A stretch of 32,000 nucleotides of DNA from Candidatus Hadarchaeales archaeon (lineage in GTDB: Archaea; Hadarchaeota; Hadarchaeia; Hadarchaeales; Hadarchaeaceae): assembly GCA_038823825.1 (NCBI GenBank), contig JAWBCC010000002.1, positions 90,001 through 122,000 on the forward strand, given 5' to 3'. Made by a program: the position numbers and the translations under genes. How positions within the stretch are numbered: position 1 is the stretch's first letter; the number at the start of each line of letters is the position of its first letter. The notes beneath the pieces were generated by a model. It did no database searches. It saw only the letters and a list, made by a program, of their open reading frames with translations, and was not told the origin of the DNA. Of this stretch, positions 7,299-15,098 are shown piece after piece.

Positions 7299-7832
7299 AT
7301 GATAGAAGTCACCTTTCATGGACGCGGTGGTCAGGGAGCCGTAACGGCCGCTAGGCTTCTCGCCGAAGCCGCATTTTTAGAAGGAAAATTTTGTCAGGCT
7401 TTCCCGACATTTGGAGCGGAGCGGAGGGGAGCCCCGGTTTGCGCTTTCGCTCGGATCTCGGAAAATCCGATTAGGTTACGCAGCCAAGTTTATTCACCCG
7501 ATCACGTCGTTATTCTAGACGCGTCTCTCCTTGGTGTGGTCGACGTTTGTGAGGGTCTCAAAGAGAATGGCTGGATAGTTATAAACTCCAAAGGTCTTCC
7601 GGGAAAGCTCGCTGGAAAGAACGTGGCAATCGTTGACGCAACTAAAATCGCCATAGAGGCGATTGGGCGTCCAATAGTGAACACGGCAATGCTCGGTGCG
7701 TTTGCAAAAATCACGAACGTCGTCAGTCTAGATTCGCTCATCAAAGTCGTAAACAAATATTTTGAAGGAAAAGGAGCAGTCGGGAATATGAATGCGCTGA
7801 GAATTGCCTATGAGGAGGTGAAGGTTGTTTGA
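7299..7832 (+). CDS. porG: Pyruvate/2-oxoacid:ferredoxin oxidoreductase, gamma subunit
   Basis: EVTFHGRGGQGAVTAARLLAEAA…FGAERRGAP is the gamma-subunit signature. It is first in a gamma-delta-alpha-beta operon. Substrate (pyruvate versus 2-ketoisovalerate) cannot be decided by eye. Confidence 0.88.
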   Translation: MIEVTFHGRGGQGAVTAARLLAEAAFLEGKFCQAFPTFGAERRGAPVCAFARISENPIRLRSQVYSPDHVVILDASLLGVVDVCEGLKENGWIVINSKGLPGKLAGKNVAIVDATKIAIEAIGRPIVNTAMLGAFAKITNVVSLDSLIKVVNKYFEGKGAVGNMNALRIAYEEVKVV

Positions 7833-8086
7833 AGCTCGAACCCGGCGCGGTCATAACCGAACCTGGGAATTCGGAGAAAAATGAAACAGGAGGCTGGAGG
7901 TCATTTAGACCAGTTATCAAGGATGAGAAGTGTAAGCGTTGTGGGATATGCTGGATGTTTTGCCCGGATATGGCTATATCCCCGAAAGAGCCTTACCAGA
8001 TAGATTACAGATATTGTAAAGGCTGTGGGATTTGCGCAAACGAGTGTCCCTTCAAAGCCATTGAAATGGTGGAGGAAGAGAAATGA
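7829..8086 (+). CDS. porD: 2-oxoacid:ferredoxin oxidoreductase, delta (2x[4Fe-4S] ferredoxin) subunit
   Basis: Two CxxCxxCxxxCP motifs (CKRCGICWMFCP, CKGCGICANECP). The TTG start at 7829 overlaps the porG TGA. GAGGAGGTG lies upstream. Confidence 0.88.
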   Translation: MKLEPGAVITEPGNSEKNETGGWRSFRPVIKDEKCKRCGICWMFCPDMAISPKEPYQIDYRYCKGCGICANECPFKAIEMVEEEK

Positions 8087-9270
8087 AAGAAGTTTTAACT
8101 GGCAACGAAGCCGCAGCTCTTGGGGCGAAGCTCGCAAGAGTGCAGGTGATTTCGGCATACCCGATCACACCGCAGACGGTTGTTGTGGAAAAACTCTCAG
8201 AGTATGTGGCGAATGGGGAGCTTCAGGCCGAGTTCATGAAGGTAGAGTCTGAGCACAGTGCGATGAGCGCTTGCATTGGCGCTGCCGCGGCTGGGGCTAG
8301 GACCTTCACTGCAACGTCTTCTCAAGGGTTAATGCTCATGAGCGAGATGCTATTTGTCGCCTCAGGTCTGCGCCTCCCAATAGTGATGGCGAACGCAAAC
8401 AGATCTCTTTCCGCTCCGCTTAGCATTTGGTGTGATTGGCAGGATACAATGGCGGTTAGAGATTCGGGATGGATACAGCTCTACTGCGAGAACAATCAGG
8501 AGATTCTCGACTCTGTTATTCAGGCTTTCAAGATAGCCGAGCAAACTCTTCTCCCCGTGATGGTCTGTTATGATGGTTACATTCTTTCCCATACGGTGGA
8601 ACCAGTAGACATCCCAGAGCAGAAGGAGGTCGACGATTTTCTTCCACCATATTCTTATCCGTTTATGCTAGATCCCGGGAAGCCAGTCACCTTGGGAGCC
8701 GTGGGAACTCCTCCGTACTACATGGAGTTTAGGTACATGTTAGATCAAGCCCTCTTAAGTTCAAAAAAAGTGATTACAGATGTTGGAGAGGATTTCGGAC
8801 GGAGATTTGGGAGAAGATATGGACTTTTGGAGGCTTACCGGTGTGATGATGCGGATTTTGTTATTGTCACGATGGGGTCACTTGCTGGAGCGGTTAAAGA
8901 TGTGGTTGATGATTTGAGAAAGAAGGGTAAAAAAGTCGGTGTCCTGAAGCTCAGATCGTTTAGACCATTTCCATCAGACGAGCTAGCGGAGGCACTTTCA
9001 AACGTTAAAGCGATCGGTGTGATGGAGAAAGACATTTCCCTTGGAAGTTTCGGAGCTCTCTTCCTAGATGTTTTGGCTTCTCTTTCTTTGAATGAGGTAA
9101 GGTTACCTGCGGTCAATGTCATCTGTGGTCTGGCAAATAGGGATGTGACTTCCGAAGATATTGTCAAAGTTTTTGATATGATCGAGGATGTCGCGTCAAA
9201 AAGAAAGTCTGTGAAAGAAACTGTCTGGCTAGGTCTGAGGAAGGAGCTTTTGGAGGGGGAGGAAATATGA
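8083..9270 (+). CDS. porA: 2-oxoacid:ferredoxin oxidoreductase, alpha subunit
   Basis: [28 protein letters not shown]…[27 protein letters not shown] is the typical alpha N-terminus. ATGA overlaps occur at both ends. Confidence 0.9.
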   Translation: MKEVLTGNEAAALGAKLARVQVISAYPITPQTVVVEKLSEYVANGELQAEFMKVESEHSAMSACIGAAAAGARTFTATSSQGLMLMSEMLFVASGLRLPIVMANANRSLSAPLSIWCDWQDTMAVRDSGWIQLYCENNQEILDSVIQAFKIAEQTLLPVMVCYDGYILSHTVEPVDIPEQKEVDDFLPPYSYPFMLDPGKPVTLGAVGTPPYYMEFRYMLDQALLSSKKVITDVGEDFGRRFGRRYGLLEAYRCDDADFVIVTMGSLAGAVKDVVDDLRKKGKKVGVLKLRSFRPFPSDELAEALSNVKAIGVMEKDISLGSFGALFLDVLASLSLNEVRLPAVNVICGLANRDVTSEDIVKVFDMIEDVASKRKSVKETVWLGLRKELLEGEEI

Positions 9271-10139
9271 AGGCGTTTCCTGAGGAAGAGCTGATAGCGA
9301 GAGGCCACAGGGCCTGCGCCGGCTGCGGAAGCATTCTTGCCCTCAGGCATGCCATGAAAGCTCTAGGAAAGAACACCATAGTTGTTGCCTCCACCGGCTG
9401 TATGGAGGTTGTAACTTCTCCATATCCGGAAACATCTTGGAAGGTCCCTTGGATACACGTTGCTTTTGAGAATGCTGCGGCTGTTGCTTCCGGAATAGCG
9501 AGGGCGTTAAAGGTGAGGGGGAGAACGGACGTGAAGGTTGTGGCGATTGCGGGAGATGGGGGAACGGCAGATATAGGTATTCAAGCCCTCTCCGGAGCGG
9601 CGGAGAGAAACGAGAATATTATCTACATATGTTATGACAACGAGGCCTATGAGAACACGGGGATACAAAGGAGCGGGTGTACGCCTTTTGGGGCTTGGAC
9701 GACAACAACGCCGGTTGGAAAGGTTATCAGAGGGGAAGACAGACCGAAGAAGGATATGCCAGCGATCATGGCCGCTCACGGTATCCCATATGTTGCGACG
9801 GCTTCGATTGCCTATCCTCTAGATCTGATAAAGAAAGTGAGAAAGGCCATGGGAATTGAGGGAACCTCTTACATACATATCCACGCGAGTTGTGTTCCAG
9901 GCTGGAGAATTCCTGAGAACAAGAGCGTGGAGGTTTGCAAAATGGCGGTTTTGAGCGGAGTTTGGATTCTTTACGAAATCGAAAAAGGAAAAGTGAATGT
10001 GACATTCAAACCGCCTAAACGTATTCCTGTGAGAGATTATCTAATGGCACAGGGAAGGTTCAGACATCTGAGCGATAAGGAAATAATAGAAATCCAGCGA
10101 ATGGTCGATGAGCAGTGCAAGAAGTTTGGAATAGATTGA
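9267..10139 (+). CDS. porB: 2-oxoacid:ferredoxin oxidoreductase, beta (TPP-binding) subunit
   Basis: GHRACAGCG…TGC… cluster ligands and the TPP motif [11 protein letters not shown]…[10 protein letters not shown]. Confidence 0.9.
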   Translation: MKAFPEEELIARGHRACAGCGSILALRHAMKALGKNTIVVASTGCMEVVTSPYPETSWKVPWIHVAFENAAAVASGIARALKVRGRTDVKVVAIAGDGGTADIGIQALSGAAERNENIIYICYDNEAYENTGIQRSGCTPFGAWTTTTPVGKVIRGEDRPKKDMPAIMAAHGIPYVATASIAYPLDLIKKVRKAMGIEGTSYIHIHASCVPGWRIPENKSVEVCKMAVLSGVWILYEIEKGKVNVTFKPPKRIPVRDYLMAQGRFRHLSDKEIIEIQRMVDEQCKKFGID

Positions 10140-10147
10140 TGTTTTTC
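10140..10147 (+). terminator. Oligo-T tract (TGTTTTTC) immediately after the porB stop
   Basis: A T5 run at 10142-10146 lies within the 11-bp gap between the convergent porB and DHPS-like genes. Archaeal termination commonly uses oligo-T. Confidence 0.3.
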
Positions 10148-10150
10148 AAC

Positions 10151-11032
10151 TCAACTGGAAGCTTTTAGTATAGCTTCACACACCCTTATTGCTTGTGAAG
10201 TTTCCTTAGGGTCGTGAGTTCTCACAGCCGATGCTCCGTTGATTATAGCCATGATTGTAGCTCCAAGTGAACCGGCTAGCCTTTCAGCTGGATCGTCAAG
10301 TCCAAGGATTCTTCCGATGAAGGATTTTCTCGAAATTCCAACGCAGATCGGACGCCCAATTTTTTTCAGTTCTTTAAGTCTTGCTATGATTTCGAGATCT
10401 ATCAGATCCGTCTTCGCGAATCCTCTCTGTTTTTTGAAGGCTTTTCCAAGCTTCTCAAGTCTAGCGGGCCAAGCGCCTATCGCGGGGTCGAGGGCAACGT
10501 TGGAAAGTCTAACTCCACTCAGTCGGCAAATTTTCAGGCTCTCTTTCCAAGCGGATTTTATCTCTTCGATTGTAGTCGTATCTCCCGGGTTCCTTTTTGC
10601 GGCCATCAGAATGAGCGAGCAATCGTATTTTGCGGCAACTTCGGCGACTTCCTTGTCTCTTTTTAACCCGCTTATGTCGTTTATTATCTCCGCTCCGGCT
10701 TCAACCGCCTCTTCAGCAACTTCGGAGAATTGTGTGTCCACGGATATTGGAACGTCCAACTCTCCCGCAAGCTTTCTGACAGTGGGTATCAATCTCTTTC
10801 GTTCTTCGTCTATAGATATCTGAATTGCTCCGGGTCCCGTTGCCCTGGCTCCGACGTCGAGGATGCAGGCGCCTTCTTCGACCATTTTCTCCCCAACTTT
10901 CAGAGCGTCTTCGACGGAACGTGCAACGGAACCTTGATAGAAAGATTCGTGGCTAAGGTTGATTATGCCAATCACCGCGACTGGCAGACCGTCACCTATC
11001 TTTATTCTCCCAAGTCTTGCCCTGTTTTTCAT
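10151..11032 (-). CDS. Dihydropteroate synthase family (pterin-binding) enzyme, possibly the methanopterin-pathway homologue
   Basis: VIGIINLSHESF…EEGACILDVGARATGPG…ISVDT…AGAEIINDISG…LDPAIG…GISRKSFIG…RTHD is the DHPS pattern. The ATG at 11032 (MKNRARLG…) is preferred. The 80-aa upstream extension in the track overlaps sua5 and looks non-coding. Confidence 0.82.
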   Translation of the reverse strand: MKNRARLGRIKIGDGLPVAVIGIINLSHESFYQGSVARSVEDALKVGEKMVEEGACILDVGARATGPGAIQISIDEERKRLIPTVRKLAGELDVPISVDTQFSEVAEEAVEAGAEIINDISGLKRDKEVAEVAAKYDCSLILMAAKRNPGDTTTIEEIKSAWKESLKICRLSGVRLSNVALDPAIGAWPARLEKLGKAFKKQRGFAKTDLIDLEIIARLKELKKIGRPICVGISRKSFIGRILGLDDPAERLAGSLGATIMAIINGASAVRTHDPKETSQAIRVCEAILKASS

Positions 11033-11068
11033 CAAAGTTATTCTACTTTTGTGGCTGAAATAATATTG

Positions 11069-12115
11069 ATGACAGAGGTTTTGAAAGTGAATCCTCTGAG
11101 ACCGGAGAAAGAGGTAATCGAGAGGGCGGCCGAAATTATAAGGAGAGGGGGAATTGTCGCTTTTCCGACCGAAACTGTGTATGGGCTGGGAGCGAACGCT
11201 CTTGACGAGAATGCTGTTAGAAAGGTCTTTGAGGTTAAACAGAGACCTGCGGACAATCCGCTGATCGTTCACATTTCGCGCCTCGACGACCTTTATCTTT
11301 TAGCGTCAGAAGTCCCAGAAATCGCAAACAAGCTTGTGTCTTCGTTCTGGCCAGGACCACTTACGATCGTGCTTCCGAGGTCGGAGATAGTTCCGGACGT
11401 GACGACAGGTGGTTTGTGGACCGTAGCCATCAGGATGCCGAGCCATCCTGTTGCTAGAGCTCTTATTGAGGCTTCTGAAGTTCCCATCGCCGCACCTAGC
11501 GCAAATCTGGCCGGAAAGCCAAGTCCCACATCCGCTTCACATGTTTTTCAAGACCTTGGTGGGAAGATAGATATGATTCTTGATGGCGGAGAGATAATCC
11601 ACGGAGTTGAATCCACGGTTCTCGATTTGACGACTTCTCCACCTACTCTTCTCAGACCGGGACCGGTGTCAGTGGAAGAATTAGAAGCTCTCATCGGAAA
11701 GGTCTCCCTTCACCCAGTGGTTGTCGGAGAGTCTGAGGAGGTCCTTGTTGCAAAGTCCCCAGGGATGAAATATAGACATTATGCTCCCGAAGCGGAACTC
11801 GTCGTTATCGAGGGACGCCCAGAACTCGTACGCAGAAAAATGGAGGAAATTCTGCTCGAGAAAAAAATGAAGGGTCTGAAGGTCGGTGCCGTGGTGACGG
11901 ACGAAATGGCAGACTTGCAGGTGGACGTTGTGAAGGTTGTTGGGTCTAGGAAAAACGTCAGGGAAATCGCGAAAAATATTTTCAGGGTTTTGCGTGAGCT
12001 GGATGCCGAGGGGGTTCGTTTCGCCGTGATTGAGGGTATAGAGCCGAAAGGAATCGGGCTGGCTGTTATGAACAGATTGGTAAAGGCTGCGGGCCACAGG
12101 GTGATCAGAGTGTAA
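11069..12115 (+). CDS. sua5: L-threonylcarbamoyladenylate synthase Sua5 (YrdC domain plus Sua5 C-terminal domain)
   Basis: IIRRGGIVAFPTETVYGLGANAL…KQRPADNPLIVHI…FWPGPLT…APSANLAGKPSPT is the YrdC/Sua5 signature, and the protein is about 348 aa. The ATG at 11069 is preferred over the track start at 10730, which is antisense to the DHPS gene. Confidence 0.9.
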   Translation: MTEVLKVNPLRPEKEVIERAAEIIRRGGIVAFPTETVYGLGANALDENAVRKVFEVKQRPADNPLIVHISRLDDLYLLASEVPEIANKLVSSFWPGPLTIVLPRSEIVPDVTTGGLWTVAIRMPSHPVARALIEASEVPIAAPSANLAGKPSPTSASHVFQDLGGKIDMILDGGEIIHGVESTVLDLTTSPPTLLRPGPVSVEELEALIGKVSLHPVVVGESEEVLVAKSPGMKYRHYAPEAELVVIEGRPELVRRKMEEILLEKKMKGLKVGAVVTDEMADLQVDVVKVVGSRKNVREIAKNIFRVLRELDAEGVRFAVIEGIEPKGIGLAVMNRLVKAAGHRVIRV

Positions 12116-12129
12116 AAATTCTTTTCGCT

Positions 12130-12147
12130 GTTTAACAAAAGTTAAAC
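12130..12147. promoter_or_regulatory. Perfect inverted repeat GTTTAAC-AAAA-GTTAAAC between sua5 and lrp (terminator hairpin or Lrp operator)
   Basis: Read directly. The 7-bp arms are followed by TTTTAAGGTAAAAATTT, which is T-rich and TATA-like. The repeat lies 15 nt after the sua5 stop and about 40-55 nt before the lrp ATG. Confidence 0.35.
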
Positions 12148-12184
12148 TTTTAAGGTAAAAATTTAGACAAAATGTTAGAGAAAT

Positions 12185-12655
12185 ATGCAAAGATCGGACA
12201 CTGAGAGGAAAATTTTGCTCGAGCTGCTTAAGGATAGTAGTAGGTCAATAGTCGAAATCGCTCGGGCTACAGGGATTTCAAGGCAAACGGTTGCGGCAAA
12301 GCTGAGACATCTTAAAGGCAAGATTCGCTTTACGATAAGATTGAACTCCGCCGATTTGGGACTTTCGACTAGGGCCTACGTTTTTATTAAAGAGAAACCA
12401 GATCCCGTTCTGCGAAAAAGACTGGAAGACGAAGTAAAGAAAATGAAAGAGGTCGGGAGATTTTACAGGCTCTTTGGGAGATACAGCAGCGTGCTAGAAG
12501 TGCTTGTTCGAAATGAGGACGAGCTCTCCGGCGTCATTCAAAAGATTCACAGGCTGGGAGGAATCGAGGAGACGGAGACGTTTATCGTTCGTGGCGTGGT
12601 GAAGGAAGAGCCCGAGGAGCCCTTCATAAGGGTTCTTCAGTGTGGGTCTAAGTGA
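12185..12655 (+). CDS. lrp: Lrp/AsnC-family transcriptional regulator
   Basis: N-terminal HTH (ILLELLKDSSRSIVEIARATGISRQTVAAKLRHL) plus a C-terminal RAM/ACT-like alpha-beta sandwich; 156 aa. Confidence 0.85.
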   Translation: MQRSDTERKILLELLKDSSRSIVEIARATGISRQTVAAKLRHLKGKIRFTIRLNSADLGLSTRAYVFIKEKPDPVLRKRLEDEVKKMKEVGRFYRLFGRYSSVLEVLVRNEDELSGVIQKIHRLGGIEETETFIVRGVVKEEPEEPFIRVLQCGSK

Positions 12656-13397
12656 GATCACCACATGCGCAGAAGGTCTCGTAAATGATGTCGTAGAGTT
12701 CTTGGAATCCCTCGCAAGTCTTTGCGCATATTCTCGGGAATCTGGCTGGAGGTAAGAATTCCATTAGAATTTTGTAAAGTCGCAGGGCGAGGTCGACTTC
12801 AACGCCTCCGATTTCTCTCTCGAGATTTTTCTGCAGGAGCTGGGCATCCGCTAGAAGTGCCTCCATTTCCTTTTTTGCTTGATCAATTTTGTTTATCACT
12901 CCAATAGTTTTTACTCCGAGCTCGAGACCGATCGAGAGTTCCAAGAGACGCGCGAAGACTATGTCTGTTGAAGTTCGCATAGTTTTGGCGTCCAGGAGGA
13001 AAACTGCGACTGTTACTCCATCCAGATGTTTTATGAACTCAGCTCCGCCATGGAATAGAAAAATTTCCATTTGACCTGGTGTATCTATTAGCCTGATATC
13101 GGCGGAGAATTCCCTCACTCTTTTAGAGAAATTTTCAGCGTTTTCCTCGAGCAATTCCGATACTCTTACCATTGCGCCGTTTGGTCCGAGTCCTTCTTCT
13201 CTCATGAGCTTTTCTATCGTGAACCACTCACGGATGTCAAAATCCGGACTAAATGGGAGACTTTCGCAGCCGGGATCGAGATTTATAAACGAAACCGACT
13301 TGCCAATGTTTTTCTTTATCCATTTTCCGAAACCCGATGTCAGTGTGGTTTTTCCAGATCCGGCTGTTCCTAGAATGACAATGTTAAGTGGAACCAT
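12648..13397 (-). CDS. GPN-loop GTPase (paralogue A)
   Basis: G1 GTAGSGKTT, NLDPG, GPN loop (GLGPNGAM), DTPGQME, G4 NKID; 249 aa. AAAAATACAATAAAAA lies about 20-30 nt upstream of the ATG. Confidence 0.88.
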   Translation of the reverse strand: MVPLNIVILGTAGSGKTTLTSGFGKWIKKNIGKSVSFINLDPGCESLPFSPDFDIREWFTIEKLMREEGLGPNGAMVRVSELLEENAENFSKRVREFSADIRLIDTPGQMEIFLFHGGAEFIKHLDGVTVAVFLLDAKTMRTSTDIVFARLLELSIGLELGVKTIGVINKIDQAKKEMEALLADAQLLQKNLEREIGGVEVDLALRLYKILMEFLPPARFPRICAKTCEGFQELYDIIYETFCACGDLT

Positions 13398-13442
13398 TCA
13401 TTCAACAAACGGTTTTTATTGTATTTTTAGTTTTGGTTTATT

Positions 13443-15098
13443 TCAGGAGCTTTCTACGGCTTTAATGGTCAACCGACCGTAGTAAATTCCTCCGAGCTGG
13501 TCGGGAGCTGTGCTGAGAGCTGGGAAGACGTTGTATTCGTCGTAGCTAATACCCACCGGTGGCTTTCTGAGATTAACAAGCCACGGGATCTTCTCAAGCA
13601 CAGTTCTTGCAACTAGGAAGTTTTCATTTCCACTTTCTCCGATAGGCAACTTCCAGAACTGGATGTTCTCGATGTTATTGTCTCCTCCGGATTTGGCTAG
13701 ATACATTCCTGGAATATTCTCGGGAACCGCATCGTTCTCAGCCTTTGCGTACAGGTCGACTGATACCGTTGTCGTTTCAAGAATTCTGATCCAATAGTTG
13801 TCGACAGGAGCTGGCGGTGTGACATTATGCGCGTTGACGCTTACTGTTCCCCAGTCGATGTCTCCTTCAATCACTATGTCAATAATGACTCCGATGGTCG
13901 CCATCAACTGTGCATGCTCTATATCATATGCGCCAGGCGGAGCAACGGTGACGACGAAGTATCTTGAAGCAGACCAATCGCTCCAGTTACCAGCATTGTC
14001 TTGAGCCCTCACACGCCAGTAGTACGTTCCGGGTGTTAGTACAACCTGATAAGATGAGGTATTGTCTGGAGTATTCTCATCAACCTCTGGACTTGAAAAG
14101 TCGGGATCGTTATCCACCTGTACGTGATATCTCTGGACGTAACCCTCGTTATCAATAGAGTCCTGCCAGTCGAGCGTCACCGGGCTCGTCACTGTCTTTC
14201 CATTTTCAGGAGACGTTAAGACAGGTACTGAGGGCGGGTTGTTGTCTCCACCAATTCCTCCATTAGACAGTCCCGGCCAGATTGCTCTGTACCTGTAGGC
14301 GGTTCCTGTGTCTCCAATTAGCGTTGTCGGTCTTGGCACCCACTTGTTTGTCTCCCACCTGAACAGAATTATCGAGTATGGAGTCAGATTATTTGTCTGT
14401 AACCAAGACTTTTCGACCGTGAAGGTTATTTCCACGCGGTCAATGTGATCAATGTTTTCTTTGTCTATGTAAACATACTTGTACTCCTTGACTGGTAGTG
14501 GTGGTAGCCAGCTATTTCTTTCCATCAGATCTGCGACTTTTATCCCCACATTTGTTGCTCCCTGTCCCTCTTGCATATATATAGTTACGTTTTCAATTCT
14601 AACTCCAGTGGGGAAGATTGTAGCACTTCCACCCGGGGGTATGTTTGAAATTGTGTGTTCCGAGAAGGATTCCACATTGTTTTCCTGATTAACGGTGAGA
14701 GTCAAAGTGTTTTCCCTCGTGAGCGCTCCTGAGACCCCGCGGACGGTTATGTTGTAAACACCCGCCGGCTGGAATGGTGTAACTCTGAGTTCAAACGTTG
14801 ACGAGAAGTCCGGCGTTCCGCTTTGTGGAACGAAAGAAACTTCTATTCTAGAAGGAGCGTCAGGCGCCGACAGAGTAACTGTTCCGCTGAAGCCTCCTAT
14901 CGCGTAGACGTAAACCGTCACCTTCACGTTTTCTCCTCTGTTGACACTCGTTGCACTAGGACTGATCACGATGTAAAAATCAGCGGCAGAAGTTACTGTG
15001 GCGGACCCGGAAAGCTGCTGTTCTGGAGCTCCGACGCTTCCCACTATCGAAAGCAGAAGAAGTGTTGAAACCGCCAGAGATATCATTTCTCTTCTCAT
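13443..15098 (-). CDS. Secreted surface protein: signal peptide, Ig-like domain, PGF-pre-PGF-like domain, FN3-like module, C-terminal beta-rich domain
   Basis: N-terminal signal (MRREMISLAVSTLLLLSIVGSVGA|PEQ). The aa ~145-285 segment matches the PGF-pre-PGF pattern (…ITFTVEKSWLQTNNLTPYSIILFRWETNKWVPRPTTLIGDTGTAYRYRAIWPGLS). The aa ~288-385 module (SPENG…LDWQDS…GTYYWRVRAQDNAGNWSDWS) is shared with the next gene. No C-terminal TM or PGF-CTERM. ATGA overlap with the upstream gene. Confidence 0.8.
   Translation of the reverse strand: MRREMISLAVSTLLLLSIVGSVGAPEQQLSGSATVTSAADFYIVISPSATSVNRGENVKVTVYVYAIGGFSGTVTLSAPDAPSRIEVSFVPQSGTPDFSSTFELRVTPFQPAGVYNITVRGVSGALTRENTLTLTVNQENNVESFSEHTISNIPPGGSATIFPTGVRIENVTIYMQEGQGATNVGIKVADLMERNSWLPPLPVKEYKYVYIDKENIDHIDRVEITFTVEKSWLQTNNLTPYSIILFRWETNKWVPRPTTLIGDTGTAYRYRAIWPGLSNGGIGGDNNPPSVPVLTSPENGKTVTSPVTLDWQDSIDNEGYVQRYHVQVDNDPDFSSPEVDENTPDNTSSYQVVLTPGTYYWRVRAQDNAGNWSDWSASRYFVVTVAPPGAYDIEHAQLMATIGVIIDIVIEGDIDWGTVSVNAHNVTPPAPVDNYWIRILETTTVSVDLYAKAENDAVPENIPGMYLAKSGGDNNIENIQFWKLPIGESGNENFLVARTVLEKIPWLVNLRKPPVGISYDEYNVFPALSTAPDQLGGIYYGRLTIKAVESS

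Noticed and set aside
7299-10139. Assigning the oxidoreductase operon specifically to pyruvate (POR) rather than 2-ketoisovalerate/2-oxoglutarate (VOR/KOR)
   Set aside because: The gamma-delta-alpha-beta order and motifs fit both POR and VOR. Substrate specificity cannot be read from the sequence by eye. The por symbols are used as family labels only.
10730-11272. Long mutually overlapping N-terminal extensions of the sua5 (start 10730) and DHPS-like (start 11272) ORFs
   Set aside because: Conserved family N-termini begin at 11069 (MTEVLKVNP…IVAFPTETVYG) and 11032 (MKNRARLG…VIGIINLS). The extensions are antisense to the partner gene's conserved core and have odd composition (Cys/Ser/Phe-rich).
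13443-15098. PGF-CTERM/archaeosortase-anchored protein call
   Set aside because: A PGF-pre-PGF-like domain is present. However, the C-terminus (…GRLTIKAVESS) lacks the PGF motif, hydrophobic helix and basic tail.
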